In this document: positions 8,433 to 17,980 of the stretch, one piece after another
Layout: each line of letters begins with the position of its first letter
Position numbering within the stretch: the stretch's first letter is position 1
Origin: Bryobacteraceae bacterium
GTDB taxonomy: Bacteria; Acidobacteriota; Terriglobia; Bryobacterales; Bryobacteraceae
Assembly (NCBI GenBank): GCA_035524535.1
Contig: DATKOS010000288.1
Span: forward strand, 1 to 48,090
Direction of reading: 5' to 3'
DNA: 48,090 nt
Notes under the pieces: generated by a model
The model's input: the letters and a program-made list of their open reading frames with translations, nothing else
Database searches by the model: none
Told to the model about the DNA's origin: nothing
Program-made: the position numbers and the translations under genes

Positions 8433-9573
8433 AGATGCGGCGCGCTGGGTTGTTCTGGCGCTGCTCGCCGCCCCCGCGCTCCTGGCGCAGGATTATCCGC
8501 TTCCGGCCGGCTCCATCAACGTCAGCTTCCCCGGCGATTCGCCCGTTCTGTTTTCAGGCCTCACGGACCAATCCCGCGGCACGGCGCGCGGCTCGGCCAT
8601 GGTCATTGACCTCCGTGTCTCCATGGTGCTCCGCAACGTCAGCGCCAACCGCCAGATTCACGGCGTCACCCTGCGCGTGGTTTCCCAGGAAGTCGCCGTC
8701 GGCGGCAAAGGCTCGGTGACGTATCCCAGTCTGCATGTCGGCCCCGGCGAATCCTTCCCCGTGCGCATCGAAATGCAGCTCATGCGGCCCACGCAGGCTG
8801 TCAACGGGCCGCTCGTCCAGGTCAGCCTGGATGGCGTGCTCTTCGGCGACCTTACCTTCTACGGCGACAACCGCCTCAATTCCAAGCGCATCATGACCGC
8901 CGAGGAATTGGAAGCCCGCCGCGACCGTGAGTACTACAAACGCGTTCTCCAGGAAACCGGCGTCAACGGGTTGCGTTCCGCGGTTCTCGAGAGCCTGGTG
9001 CGCCAGTCCGAACGGCCCCGCTTGGATGCGCGCGTCACGCGCGGCGGCCCGTCGGTGGCCTCCAGCGCTGCTCCTGTGCAGTCTGGCGCGGAGAATTTCG
9101 CCTTCCTCAAGTTCCCGGATTCGCCCGTCGCCCCCGTCGGAGGCTCCGCGCAAGTCTCCGGCAATGAAGCCCGCGACCCGCGCGTCGAGGTCCGGAACAA
9201 CTCCTCCAAGGACGTCCGCTACTTCGAATTGAGCTGGCTGGTCAGCGACGCCAACGGCCAGCAGTACTTGGCCGCGTCGCTGCCCGCCTCGGACCCTGCC
9301 CTGCTCCTGAAGCCTTCCCGCACCGCCCAGGCAGCGCAAGACACCGCGCTGCGCTTCACGCGCAACGGCGAGCCCCTAAACGTGGGGCGCATGACCGGCT
9401 TCGTCAGCCAGGTGGAATTCGCCGACGGCCAGATGTGGATTCCCAGCCGCCAGGCGCTGGAGAACGCCTCTCTCATGCGCCTCATCGCCCCCTCCGCCGA
9501 GGAGCAGCGCTTGACAGACCTTTACCGGCGTAGCGGAATGAATGCGCTGGTGGAAGACTTGAAGAAGTATTAG
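8416..9573 (+). CDS. Exported protein of unknown function, co-transcribed with the ECF sigma/anti-sigma pair
   Basis: Signal peptide MSMRTRDAARWVVLALLAAPALLAQ. It overlaps the anti-sigma stop by 17 nt. The amino-acid composition is normal and I recognise no family. Confidence 0.6.
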   Translation: MSMRTRDAARWVVLALLAAPALLAQDYPLPAGSINVSFPGDSPVLFSGLTDQSRGTARGSAMVIDLRVSMVLRNVSANRQIHGVTLRVVSQEVAVGGKGSVTYPSLHVGPGESFPVRIEMQLMRPTQAVNGPLVQVSLDGVLFGDLTFYGDNRLNSKRIMTAEELEARRDREYYKRVLQETGVNGLRSAVLESLVRQSERPRLDARVTRGGPSVASSAAPVQSGAENFAFLKFPDSPVAPVGGSAQVSGNEARDPRVEVRNNSSKDVRYFELSWLVSDANGQQYLAASLPASDPALLLKPSRTAQAAQDTALRFTRNGEPLNVGRMTGFVSQVEFADGQMWIPSRQALENASLMRLIAPSAEEQRLTDLYRRSGMNALVEDLKKY

Positions 9574-9601
9574 CCGGCGCGCCGCCCGCCCACGCGCAGC
9601 C

Positions 9602-10459
9602 CTACCTGCGCTCCAGGGTCGCCTGAACCAGGTCTCCCAGTTGCTCCGCGCTGAATTCGTTCCCGTCCAGATCCCCCGCCAACCTTCCCTGGCGGTCAAT
9701 TACCACCGTGCGCAGGGAGTGCGTCAGCAGGCCTTCATCCTGCCAGAAGTTCAAGCCGAACTCGGCGCACACCGCCTTGACCTCGGTGAGCGAGCCGGTC
9801 AAGAAGTGCCACGTGTTCGCATCCGCCTTCCACGTCTTGCTGTATTTCGCCAGCACCTCCGGAGTATCCGTTCCCGGGTCGAACGAGACGCTCAGCAGGA
9901 TCAGGTCGCGGCCCATCTTGGCGGCGAAACGCCTGTTGAGCTGGCCGAAGTTGTTGGACATCCGGAAGCAGTAGTCCGGCAGGGGACAGCTCGTGTAGAG
10001 GAACGTGATGGCCACCACTTTTCCCGCGAATTGCGAAAGCGAAATCCGCTTGCGGGTCTGGTCGGTCAGGGTGAAATCGGCGATGGGCTGGCCCAGCTTC
10101 AGGGGGCTGACCCCGGCGTTCGGATCGAGCAGCGCCAATCGGCGCGCGCGGAACGCTTCGTCCGTCACGCTCTGAAAGCGGTGCTCGCGAAGGCTCTCCG
10201 CGTAAGAGCGGCCGCCATCCACCACCAGAGTGAAATCGATCTGCATGCCCGGCTGCACGCCGTCGAGCGCCTTCTCCTCGCGCACCGAATACGGCATGGC
10301 CATGGCGGCCATGTACCCCGGAATGGCTGCGCAAGACGCCACGAAGCTCTTGTTCGGCCGGTCCACCTTCAGCAGGATGCCCGTAACCTCGTATTGCTTC
10401 GCGCACCACGCCGGAGCCAAACACAGGCAAGCCGCCGCCGCGCAGGCCGCCGCTCTCAC
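9602..10459 (-). CDS. SCO1/SenC-family thiol-disulfide/copper chaperone with an N-terminal Met-rich CusF-like domain
   Basis: The thioredoxin-fold SCO core contains VVAITFLYTSCPLPDYCFRMS (CxxxC-type). The N-terminal domain reads YEVTGILLKVD...IPGYMAAMAMPYSV. I prefer the GTG start at 10459, which forms a GTGA overlap with the upstream stop; the track start at 10594 would overlap by 138 nt. Confidence 0.75.
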   Translation of the reverse strand: MRAAACAAAACLCLAPAWCAKQYEVTGILLKVDRPNKSFVASCAAIPGYMAAMAMPYSVREEKALDGVQPGMQIDFTLVVDGGRSYAESLREHRFQSVTDEAFRARRLALLDPNAGVSPLKLGQPIADFTLTDQTRKRISLSQFAGKVVAITFLYTSCPLPDYCFRMSNNFGQLNRRFAAKMGRDLILLSVSFDPGTDTPEVLAKYSKTWKADANTWHFLTGSLTEVKAVCAEFGLNFWQDEGLLTHSLRTVVIDRQGRLAGDLDGNEFSAEQLGDLVQATLERR

Positions 10460-13047
10460 CGGGCCTCCTTTCCGCCCAGGCGAACCTTCGTCCGCGGGAG
10501 CGTCTTGAATTCTGCGCTGCCCTCCTGGATCTGAATCACATGGTCCTTGGGCACGCCGCGGAATACCTGCGGCGGGCTGGAATTGCCGGGCCACTGCGCT
10601 TCCACGCTCTCAATGCGCGCCCCGGCGCCAAGGCCGAAATGCTGTTCGAGCGGCGAAGCGCCGAACGACCCTCCGCTGTTCACCCAGCCATAAATCGAGC
10701 GCGCCGGCTGGCCTCCATTCGTTACCGTCACCTTGATCCGCGCCCCAATGGCCAGCCGGTTCGCTTTCACGCCCAGGAGTCGCACGCCCAGCCAGTCGTT
10801 GCCGTTGCCGGGATTCTCAAACAAGCGCATCATATGGGCGTCGCCGCGCACCGCGCCGCCGATGATGGTCACAATGTCCTCATCGCCGTCGCCATCCATG
10901 TCCGCAAACGCGATCCCGTGCCCCTTGTGCAGCTCGCCCGTGCCCGAGGACGCCGTGATATCCACAAATCGCTTGCCACCGTCATTGCGCAGCAGCACAT
11001 GCGGAACTTCCGCGCCGAATGTCGGGTCGCCGTTGCCCAGGTAGATATCCGGGTAGCCGTCGTTATCCACGTCGCCGAAGTTCAGGCCCATCGGCATGAA
11101 GGATTTCGCCAGGCCTGCCTCCGCCGTCACATCGCGGAACGCGCCGTTCCCCAGGTTCTCGTAGAGCGTCAGCGTGGCCGCGCTGTGCGGCAACCCCAGG
11201 TACGTCCGCACGGTCTCGTCCACGGACATGTAGTAGCTGGTGACGAACAGATCGGGCCAGCCGTCGTTGTTGTAGTCGAAGAAGAAGGCCCCGAATCCAT
11301 GGCCGCTGCCCAACACGCCCGCCTGTTTCGCCACGTCCGTGAACGTCCCGTCGTGGTTGTTCCGCAGAAGCTCATTGTCGCCCCGATAGTTCGACACGTA
11401 GAAGTCCACCCATCCGTCGCCGTCGTAGTCCGCCGCCGACACCGCTTTTACCCAGCCGAGATCGCCTACCCCGGCGGCTTCGGAGACGTCCTGGAAGGTT
11501 CCGTCGCCCTTGTTGAGGAACAGGTGGCTGGGAGCGTTCTCCGCGCCCACGAAAAGATCCAGCAGCCCGTCGTTGTTGATATCCGCCCAGGCAGTGGCCT
11601 GCGTGGCGAAGGCCGTATTCGCCAGACCCGCCGCTTTGGTGACATCCGTAAACGTTCCGTTGCAGTTGTTGCGCAGCAGCGAGAGCCTCTGCGGAATTTC
11701 CCAGCCCCCGCGCATCACCAGAATGTCCGGGCACCCGTCGTTGTTGTAATCCGCCTGATTGTTGTTCAACCCGCCGAGCTGCGCCGATAAGCCGGCTTTC
11801 TCGCTGCGGTCGGAAAAGGTGCCGTCGCCGTTGTTGTGGAAGAAGTGCATGGCCGCGCACTGGTCCATGCTGGAGGTCACCACGTCGAACAGGCCGTCGC
11901 CATCGAAGTCGTCCACGGCGATGCCGCCCGCCATGGAGAGCAGCTTCAGCCCCGCCCGCGGCGCCACGTCCTGGAACCGCCCGATGTTCTGCTCGGAAGT
12001 GAAAATCGCGGGCGGCAGCAGGTATTGCTTCGCTACGCCGTCCGGATACTTCCCCGCCGTCATGTACGCCAGATTCAGGTTCCACCGCACTTCCAGATCG
12101 TTCGGCTGGCTTTCGGCGACCTTCAGCAGGTGTGCAATGGCCTTCTCGGAATCGTCCGTCTTCGCGTAGTGGAACCCCGGCGCCATCGGGAAGATGCAGC
12201 GGTCGCCCGGCGCCCCGAAAATGCCGTTGTCCATCTCGGACCGCCGCAGATAAGCCAGCCCCAGCAGTTCATCCAGGTAGGAAACCGCGCGCGGAAGCTC
12301 CGTGGTGGCGCGCCGATACGCCGTTTCCCATTCGGTGATCGCATCGTCCATTTCCCCCTGGTAGGCATGCAATTGCCCCAGGGCCTCAAGCGCCGCTAGT
12401 TCGTCGAACGGCTGGCGGCCCTTGTCCGCCGCCTTGGCCGCGGGGCTCAAGTACTGCTCAATCCTCTGCCGCGCCGCGGCCCGCGAATCCTCGCGCAGCT
12501 TGCAGACCCCGTTCAGGTCCTCGTACCAGTCCGCCGGCTTGGGCAAGGTCGCCAGCGCCGCCTCCACCTCATTCAGGCCGGAGATATCGAAAGAGTAGCG
12601 CACGCTGCCGATAGCGCTGATGGCGAACTGGCGCTCCTTTTCGGCTTCGTCGAGCTGTGGAATCTCCCCCGGGGGCAGCACCTTCAGAATGGCGAAACCG
12701 GATGGCAGCTTGACCAGCGGCGAGAGCTGCCCGGGGCCCATGCCACCTAGCGCGTCACGGAGCTCCGGGCGCAGCGTCGCCGGGTCTATGACGCCCATAT
12801 ACCCGCCGTCCACGGAGGTGGGGTCTGTGGATTTCTCGCGCGCCAGCACCGCGAAATCCGCACCCTTCTGGAGCCGCTCCAGGATGTCGCGCGCCTCCGC
12901 CTCCGAACCGGTAATGATCACCCTGACGGGAACCGCATTTGGCGCCGCCGCATGGCCAACACCCGGGCGGAAGAACAGCAGGCACATCCCAGCCGCCGCG
13001 GCAGCCGCGAAACAGCCGGCCGCGCGCAACGCCCCAGCCCCTCTCAT
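10456..13047 (-). CDS. CRTAC1-like FG-GAP/VCBS repeat + ASPIC/UnbV protein with an N-terminal parvulin (PpiC)-like domain and a TPR-like linker
   Basis: Repeated DxDGDG/NNDG Ca-binding FG-GAP motifs: DFDGDGLFDV, DYNNDGCPDI, DINNDGLLDL, DYDGDGWVDF, DYNNDGWPDL, DVDNDGYPDI and DMDGDGDEDI. The C-terminal segment NDWLGVRLLGVKANRLAIGARIKV is UnbV/ASPIC-like. The N-terminal segment AEARDILERLQKGADFAVLAREKSTDP...GFAILKV is parvulin-like. ATG 13047 (MRGAGALRAAG...) is preferred; 13098 is an alternative start. Confidence 0.8.
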   Translation of the reverse strand: MRGAGALRAAGCFAAAAAAGMCLLFFRPGVGHAAAPNAVPVRVIITGSEAEARDILERLQKGADFAVLAREKSTDPTSVDGGYMGVIDPATLRPELRDALGGMGPGQLSPLVKLPSGFAILKVLPPGEIPQLDEAEKERQFAISAIGSVRYSFDISGLNEVEAALATLPKPADWYEDLNGVCKLREDSRAAARQRIEQYLSPAAKAADKGRQPFDELAALEALGQLHAYQGEMDDAITEWETAYRRATTELPRAVSYLDELLGLAYLRRSEMDNGIFGAPGDRCIFPMAPGFHYAKTDDSEKAIAHLLKVAESQPNDLEVRWNLNLAYMTAGKYPDGVAKQYLLPPAIFTSEQNIGRFQDVAPRAGLKLLSMAGGIAVDDFDGDGLFDVVTSSMDQCAAMHFFHNNGDGTFSDRSEKAGLSAQLGGLNNNQADYNNDGCPDILVMRGGWEIPQRLSLLRNNCNGTFTDVTKAAGLANTAFATQATAWADINNDGLLDLFVGAENAPSHLFLNKGDGTFQDVSEAAGVGDLGWVKAVSAADYDGDGWVDFYVSNYRGDNELLRNNHDGTFTDVAKQAGVLGSGHGFGAFFFDYNNDGWPDLFVTSYYMSVDETVRTYLGLPHSAATLTLYENLGNGAFRDVTAEAGLAKSFMPMGLNFGDVDNDGYPDIYLGNGDPTFGAEVPHVLLRNDGGKRFVDITASSGTGELHKGHGIAFADMDGDGDEDIVTIIGGAVRGDAHMMRLFENPGNGNDWLGVRLLGVKANRLAIGARIKVTVTNGGQPARSIYGWVNSGGSFGASPLEQHFGLGAGARIESVEAQWPGNSSPPQVFRGVPKDHVIQIQEGSAEFKTLPRTKVRLGGKEAR

Positions 13048-13090
13048 GCGTACTATCGTATCGAAAACGACAGTCGCTGGTTCGCCGAAC

Positions 13091-13099
13091 TGGTACAAT
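13091..13099 (+). promoter_or_regulatory. Candidate extended -10 box TGgTACAAT for the AAA+ ATPase gene
   Basis: It lies 18 nt upstream of ATG 13118, and the strong SD aagaGGGGGAG sits between them. Confidence 0.4.
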
Positions 13100-13117
13100 C
13101 GCCATCAAGAGGGGGAG

Positions 13118-14614
13118 ATGCCGCCCAAACTCGCAGATACGCCCCGTACGCTCGGCGCTTTGCGCAGTAGCTCTTACTCCGAAGCCCGAATCGGCGCGCG
13201 CACCGTCAAGGACGAACTCCGAAATAACCTGATCTGCAAGCTGCAGCGCGGAGAGACGCTGTTCCCCGGTATTGTCGGCTACGAGGATACCGTGGCGCCG
13301 CAGATCGTCAACGCCCTGCTCTCGCGCCACAATTTCATCTTGCTCGGATTGCGCGGGCAGGCCAAGACCCGCCTCATCCGCATGCTCACCGGGCTGCTCG
13401 ACGAGCAACTCCCCTACGTCGAAGGCTGCGAAATCCACGACAATCCCTATCGGCCCATCTGCCGCCGCTGCCGCGATCTGATCGCCGAGCGCGGCGATGA
13501 TACTCCCATCGCCTGGCTCAACCGCGACCACCGCTACGTGGAGAAGCTCGCCACGCCGGATGTCACCATCGCCGACATGATCGGCGATATCGACCCCATC
13601 AAAGCCGCCCGCCGCGGGCAGGACATTTCCGACGAGCTCACCGTCCACTACGGCCTTCTGCCCCGCTCCAACCGTGGCATCTTCGCCATCAATGAGCTGC
13701 CCGACCTCGCCGGCAAAATCCAGGTCGGCCTTTTCAACATCATGCAGGAAGGCGACGTGCAGATTAAGGGCTACCCCATTCGCATGCCTCTGGACCTCGC
13801 CCTCGTGTTCACCGCCAACCCCGAGGACTACACCGCGCGCGGCAAGATTGTCACGCCCCTCAAGGACCGCATCGGCAGTGAGATCCGCACGCACTACCCG
13901 CCCACGCTCGATCACGGCATTGCCATCACCGGACAGGAAGCCTGGCTGGAGCGCCCCTCGCCCGTTGAGGTGCGCGTGCCGGACTATATCCGCCGCACCG
14001 TGGAGCAACTGGCGTTTCTCGCCCGCGAGGACAAGCGCGTCGATAAGCGCTCCGGCGTCTCGCAGCGCCTGCCCATCTCGGCCCTCGAAAATGTGGTCTC
14101 CAACGCCGAGCGGCGCGCGCTCAAAGCCAAGGAGGATGTCGCCGCGCCGCGCATCGTGGATCTCTATTCCGCCCTGCCCGCCATTACCGGCAAGCTCGAA
14201 CTCGAATACGAAGGCGAACTCAAAGGCGGTGACACCGTCGCCCGCGAGCTCATCCGCTCCGCCGTGGGACGCGTCTACAGCTCCTACTTCGAGGGCGCCA
14301 ACGTCTCGCAGATCACCCAGTGGTTCGAGATGGGCGGCGCGCTCAAGCTCGATGAGAATGCCGGCTCCGCCGACATGGTGCGCCAGCTCGGCGGCATCCA
14401 GGGTCTGATGGAAAAGACCAAGGCCCTGGGACTCTCCGCCAATGAGCCGGATGCCCTCCGCGCTTCGGCCGCCGAGTTTATTCTGGAAGGCCTCTACGCC
14501 CACCGGCGCATTAGCCGCAGTGAGGAACGCGGCTTTACCGCCGAGGAAAAGAGGCGCGAGGCCGCAAGCGAGGCGCGGCCCGAACGCCCCAACGCGCGCC
14601 GGCAATACAACTAG
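13118..14614 (+). CDS. AAA+ ATPase of the Mg-chelatase ChlI/MoxR-like type
   Basis: Walker A-like GLRGQAKT and Walker B-like GIFAINELPDL, followed by VFTANPEDYTARGKIVTPLKDRIGSEI. The true start is ATG 13118 with a strong SD. The upstream 166 codons of track ORF 12620 are antisense to the neighbouring gene. Confidence 0.75.
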   Translation: MPPKLADTPRTLGALRSSSYSEARIGARTVKDELRNNLICKLQRGETLFPGIVGYEDTVAPQIVNALLSRHNFILLGLRGQAKTRLIRMLTGLLDEQLPYVEGCEIHDNPYRPICRRCRDLIAERGDDTPIAWLNRDHRYVEKLATPDVTIADMIGDIDPIKAARRGQDISDELTVHYGLLPRSNRGIFAINELPDLAGKIQVGLFNIMQEGDVQIKGYPIRMPLDLALVFTANPEDYTARGKIVTPLKDRIGSEIRTHYPPTLDHGIAITGQEAWLERPSPVEVRVPDYIRRTVEQLAFLAREDKRVDKRSGVSQRLPISALENVVSNAERRALKAKEDVAAPRIVDLYSALPAITGKLELEYEGELKGGDTVARELIRSAVGRVYSSYFEGANVSQITQWFEMGGALKLDENAGSADMVRQLGGIQGLMEKTKALGLSANEPDALRASAAEFILEGLYAHRRISRSEERGFTAEEKRREAASEARPERPNARRQYN

Positions 14615-14650
14615 AAGTCGTGCGCCCGTCCGCGGCGCCGTGCTGGAACG

Positions 14651-17600
14651 CTAGGCCCAGCCGCAGAGCTCCTCCACATACGCCGCGGATCCGTCCCGCA
14701 GCCAGGCGTCGAGTTGCGCGGGCTCCTTCAATTGCCGCCCGCGCACCCGCGGGACCAGTGCGAAGCGGCACTTCCATTCCGGCAGCGCGGTCATATCTCC
14801 CCACAGCTTCTCGAACTGCACCACCGGGAACACGTCTTCCTGGCCCTTGCCCCAGCGCTTCTTGACGTCCTTCAACGTGACGTACGTCGGCATGCGCGCG
14901 GCGAGATTGCGTACGGCCGCCGTCACTTTCGCGGAATCTCGCAGTTCGCCGCGGCCAAGGCCGAAGAGAGCCAGAAGTTGGTCAATATCGATCCAATACG
15001 TCGCGCTGTTGTAATAGCGGAGCCGCGATTCGATTTCCTCGTTGGGCAGCGCCAGCCCTTCCACCAGCCGCGGCCGTCCGTCCACCATCGCGAGTCCGCC
15101 GCCGCGATCCTCAATGTGCCGCTCGATCACCTCGGCCGTCATGGCCGCGCCCTCTTCCATGTGATACCCCAGCAGCGCCGCATCCAGATCCGCGCCGGTG
15201 GTGTCCACGTTGTGCAGCATCAGGTGCCGGAGCTTCGGCCTCTCCTCCAGCAGCGCCGCCAGCGTCCCGTTCCGCAGCATGTTGGGGACCTCGTACCAGT
15301 GCCCTACCGGGTGCAGGCATTGCATCGGCAGATTGTCCGTGTAGCTGCCGCCCTCGCCCATCTGCTTGGCCCACGCGATCAGCGTGGCGTGCAGGCTCTC
15401 GCGCACCTTCTGCGCCTGCTCATCCAGCATCTGCTGCGGCAGTTCCTCCCACGCGAAGCGCAGCGTACGCTCCATCGGCACCAATCTCAATCCAATGGCC
15501 GCGCCCGCCGAAAGGCGCAGCGCTCCCGGGTATCCGTAGTTCCCTTCCTCGCGCAGGTAGCCCGCTATCGCCTCGTGGGTCAGATAGCTGGTGGTAATCA
15601 CGTGCGGCGGCAGAACGCCGGTTTCGCGACCTATCCGCAGGCTCTTCGCCAGGTGAACTTCCAGGAAGCTCCGCCGCCGCCCGCCCAGGCGGCAGAACGG
15701 GCTCAGCGCTTTCACCACGCCCGCGCCCTTGGTCCACCGGCTCCCCACGCCGCCCGCTAGCGTGACCACAGCCGCCATTCCTTCGGCCAGCGCCGCCCGT
15801 CCCGCCTCCGCGTAGTGGCTCGGCAGGCCGCCCGTGGCGTCGAATAGGACGCCTGGCGGCGGATCTTCAATGTTGCTGTTCGCCGGCAGCCGGTTCTGCA
15901 TCAGCCCGATCCGGCCTGCGCGAAAGTCCGTCTGGATGCGCTGGTGGTGGACCGCGTCGAACCCGTGCTCCGCCAACAGGCGCTCCAGGCTCTCGCCGGA
16001 GCCGTCGCCGTGCTCCCGCGGCCGCGGCAGCATGTGGTCGAACAGGCTCTGCACCATGCCCGCGAACTCCGGAGCCACCCGGCATGCGGCGCTAAAGCGG
16101 TCCAGCTCCGCGCGGCTCCCCGGGGAAAGCAGCAGGGAGTCCGTCCGCAGCAGCGCCGGAACCGCCATCGTGTAATACTCGGCCGGCATCAGCGCACCCT
16201 CGCTCTTCAGCAGTTCCGCTTGCGTCCCCCGCTCGTTGATCGCGAAGTCATAGACCACAGGCTCCATGGCGAAAGGCGCCGCGCTCTGCAAACGGCGCTT
16301 GGTCTCGCGCATGATGTTCGCCATCCGATCCTGCGCCTCTGCCTTGCGCTCCGGCGCCACCAGAAAACCCATGCCGCCGCCGGACATGCCGCCCAGCATC
16401 CAGAAGCCCCAAAAATCGGTCCCCATTTCCTCGCGCACCCGCCCGATCAGCATGTCCGTATAAAGGTTCCCCGCCCACGGAATGATCGTCTGGATCGGGC
16501 CGTCGAAGTTGCGTTGCGTCATCTGGCCGACGCCCCGGATGTCGTTCCGGCGCAACCGCCCCAGCACTTCGTCCAGTATCCCGATGGCCTCCCTGCGCCC
16601 TTGCCATTCCGCTTCCGACCGCAGCAGATACTCCTCCGTTACCATCTCCAGAATCGGGCCGACGTCCTGCGCCATGCCGCCGTGCACAAGCACCAGGCTG
16701 TTCTGAAGCCCTTCCCGCGCGACCTGCGAAACCTCTTCCACCCCCAGAACTCGGTGATCGGGCAGTAGGCGCCCGCGGCTCACGCCGAACTCCGGATCGC
16801 CTTCCACGGCGCGCACCCCATGAATGAGCTTGATGCCAGGCCAGACGCCCCCTGAATCCTGCCAGCCGCCGCCGGAACCGCCCAGCCATTCGCCGAGAAT
16901 CGCCCGCGCCGCCACCAGGCGCCGCTCCGGCTCGGTCAGGCCGCCCTCCAGCGCGCGGATCTGCCCCGTGGCGCGCATGCACGCCGCAATCAGGCACGCC
17001 AGCAGATTCGTGGATACCGCCAGCCGCGAACCCTTCGGAATATCGTTCACCTTGCTGACGATTTCAATGCCGTGCCCCTCCAGCCCCGTAAGCGCGGCCA
17101 TCACCTCCGCCAGGGGCCGCGTGGATCCTTCCATGCCCGAGGGCACAAGCCCGGAGGCGATCGCCGCCGCCTTCAACAATCCCAGGTAGTCGCGCGCGAA
17201 ATCGAATACCTCCGCGACGGTGGAGATCTCCGCGCTCGCCCGCAAATCCACGCTCGCCAGGCGCAGCACGGGACGGTCAATCACGCGGAAGTACGCTTCC
17301 ACCGGCGGCCGCGGCGCGCCGGAGTCCGAACCCCGCACCGCCAGATCCACGGAAATGTTGAGCACCCGCGCCCCTTCCGGGAAGTCCATTCCCAGAAAGA
17401 AAATGTCGCTCCATCCGCTGTGCGTCAGGTCCATGCGCACCGGGGTGGTCTCGCGCAGAATTGGATACAGCGGGTCCCCCGCGCGCCGCGCCAGCATCTC
17501 CGGCCGGATGCGCAGAGGATAATCCGCCGGATGCCCCACCCGGAACATCCACTGGTTGCCGCTCACGGAACGCACGCTGCGGCGCACCTGGTCGGCCAGC

Positions 17601-17980
17601 GTTTGAAACGCCAGGGCGTGATACCCCTCCGCCAGCGCGCTGGATATCGCGGCGCCCGGACCCGCTTCGGCTTGCGCCTGCAGAAACAGCTCCAGCGCTT
17701 CCTCGAAGCGCCGTTCCAGCAGGGCAGCGTATCCCGCGTACGGAATCGCCGCGCCGGCTCCCGATCCCAGGCGCGTGGGAATGTGGAATCGGTGAATGGC
17801 GTGGAGAAAGAAGAGCGCCCGTACCCGCTCGTAAAGATTGTCCGCCTCGCGCCGGAACGAATCGAGCTCCGCGCATTCCCCCAGCAGCTCGCCGAGCGAC
17901 GCCCCGCGGCACACCGAATCGAGCGAGCGGTCGCGAACGGCCGAGTCCCGGGCGGTAATCACGCCCGTAAGCTGGCTCAC
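14651..17980 (-). CDS. 1109-aa multidomain protein: unknown N-domain + fucokinase-like GHMP kinase core + C-terminal UDPGP-type NDP-sugar pyrophosphorylase
   Basis: GHMP-like motifs are [16 protein letters not shown] (a degenerate PxGSGLGSS), [20 protein letters not shown] (the fucokinase-type GGGWQD..GG..PGIK motif) and [14 protein letters not shown]. The C-terminal part carries [22 protein letters not shown] and [14 protein letters not shown], which resemble the UDPGP LNGGLGT and NxDNLG motifs. Confidence 0.65.
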   Translation of the reverse strand: MSQLTGVITARDSAVRDRSLDSVCRGASLGELLGECAELDSFRREADNLYERVRALFFLHAIHRFHIPTRLGSGAGAAIPYAGYAALLERRFEEALELFLQAQAEAGPGAAISSALAEGYHALAFQTLADQVRRSVRSVSGNQWMFRVGHPADYPLRIRPEMLARRAGDPLYPILRETTPVRMDLTHSGWSDIFFLGMDFPEGARVLNISVDLAVRGSDSGAPRPPVEAYFRVIDRPVLRLASVDLRASAEISTVAEVFDFARDYLGLLKAAAIASGLVPSGMEGSTRPLAEVMAALTGLEGHGIEIVSKVNDIPKGSRLAVSTNLLACLIAACMRATGQIRALEGGLTEPERRLVAARAILGEWLGGSGGGWQDSGGVWPGIKLIHGVRAVEGDPEFGVSRGRLLPDHRVLGVEEVSQVAREGLQNSLVLVHGGMAQDVGPILEMVTEEYLLRSEAEWQGRREAIGILDEVLGRLRRNDIRGVGQMTQRNFDGPIQTIIPWAGNLYTDMLIGRVREEMGTDFWGFWMLGGMSGGGMGFLVAPERKAEAQDRMANIMRETKRRLQSAAPFAMEPVVYDFAINERGTQAELLKSEGALMPAEYYTMAVPALLRTDSLLLSPGSRAELDRFSAACRVAPEFAGMVQSLFDHMLPRPREHGDGSGESLERLLAEHGFDAVHHQRIQTDFRAGRIGLMQNRLPANSNIEDPPPGVLFDATGGLPSHYAEAGRAALAEGMAAVVTLAGGVGSRWTKGAGVVKALSPFCRLGGRRRSFLEVHLAKSLRIGRETGVLPPHVITTSYLTHEAIAGYLREEGNYGYPGALRLSAGAAIGLRLVPMERTLRFAWEELPQQMLDEQAQKVRESLHATLIAWAKQMGEGGSYTDNLPMQCLHPVGHWYEVPNMLRNGTLAALLEERPKLRHLMLHNVDTTGADLDAALLGYHMEEGAAMTAEVIERHIEDRGGGLAMVDGRPRLVEGLALPNEEIESRLRYYNSATYWIDIDQLLALFGLGRGELRDSAKVTAAVRNLAARMPTYVTLKDVKKRWGKGQEDVFPVVQFEKLWGDMTALPEWKCRFALVPRVRGRQLKEPAQLDAWLRDGSAAYVEELCGWA

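Noticed and set aside
12620-14605. N-terminal extension of the ATPase ORF (12620..13117) and the 616-aa antisense ORF 12755..14605
   Set aside because: The extension is antisense to the CRTAC1-like gene and is Ser/Pro/Ala-rich. A strong SD plus ATG at 13118 marks the real start. The minus-strand ORF is a shadow of the ATPase gene.
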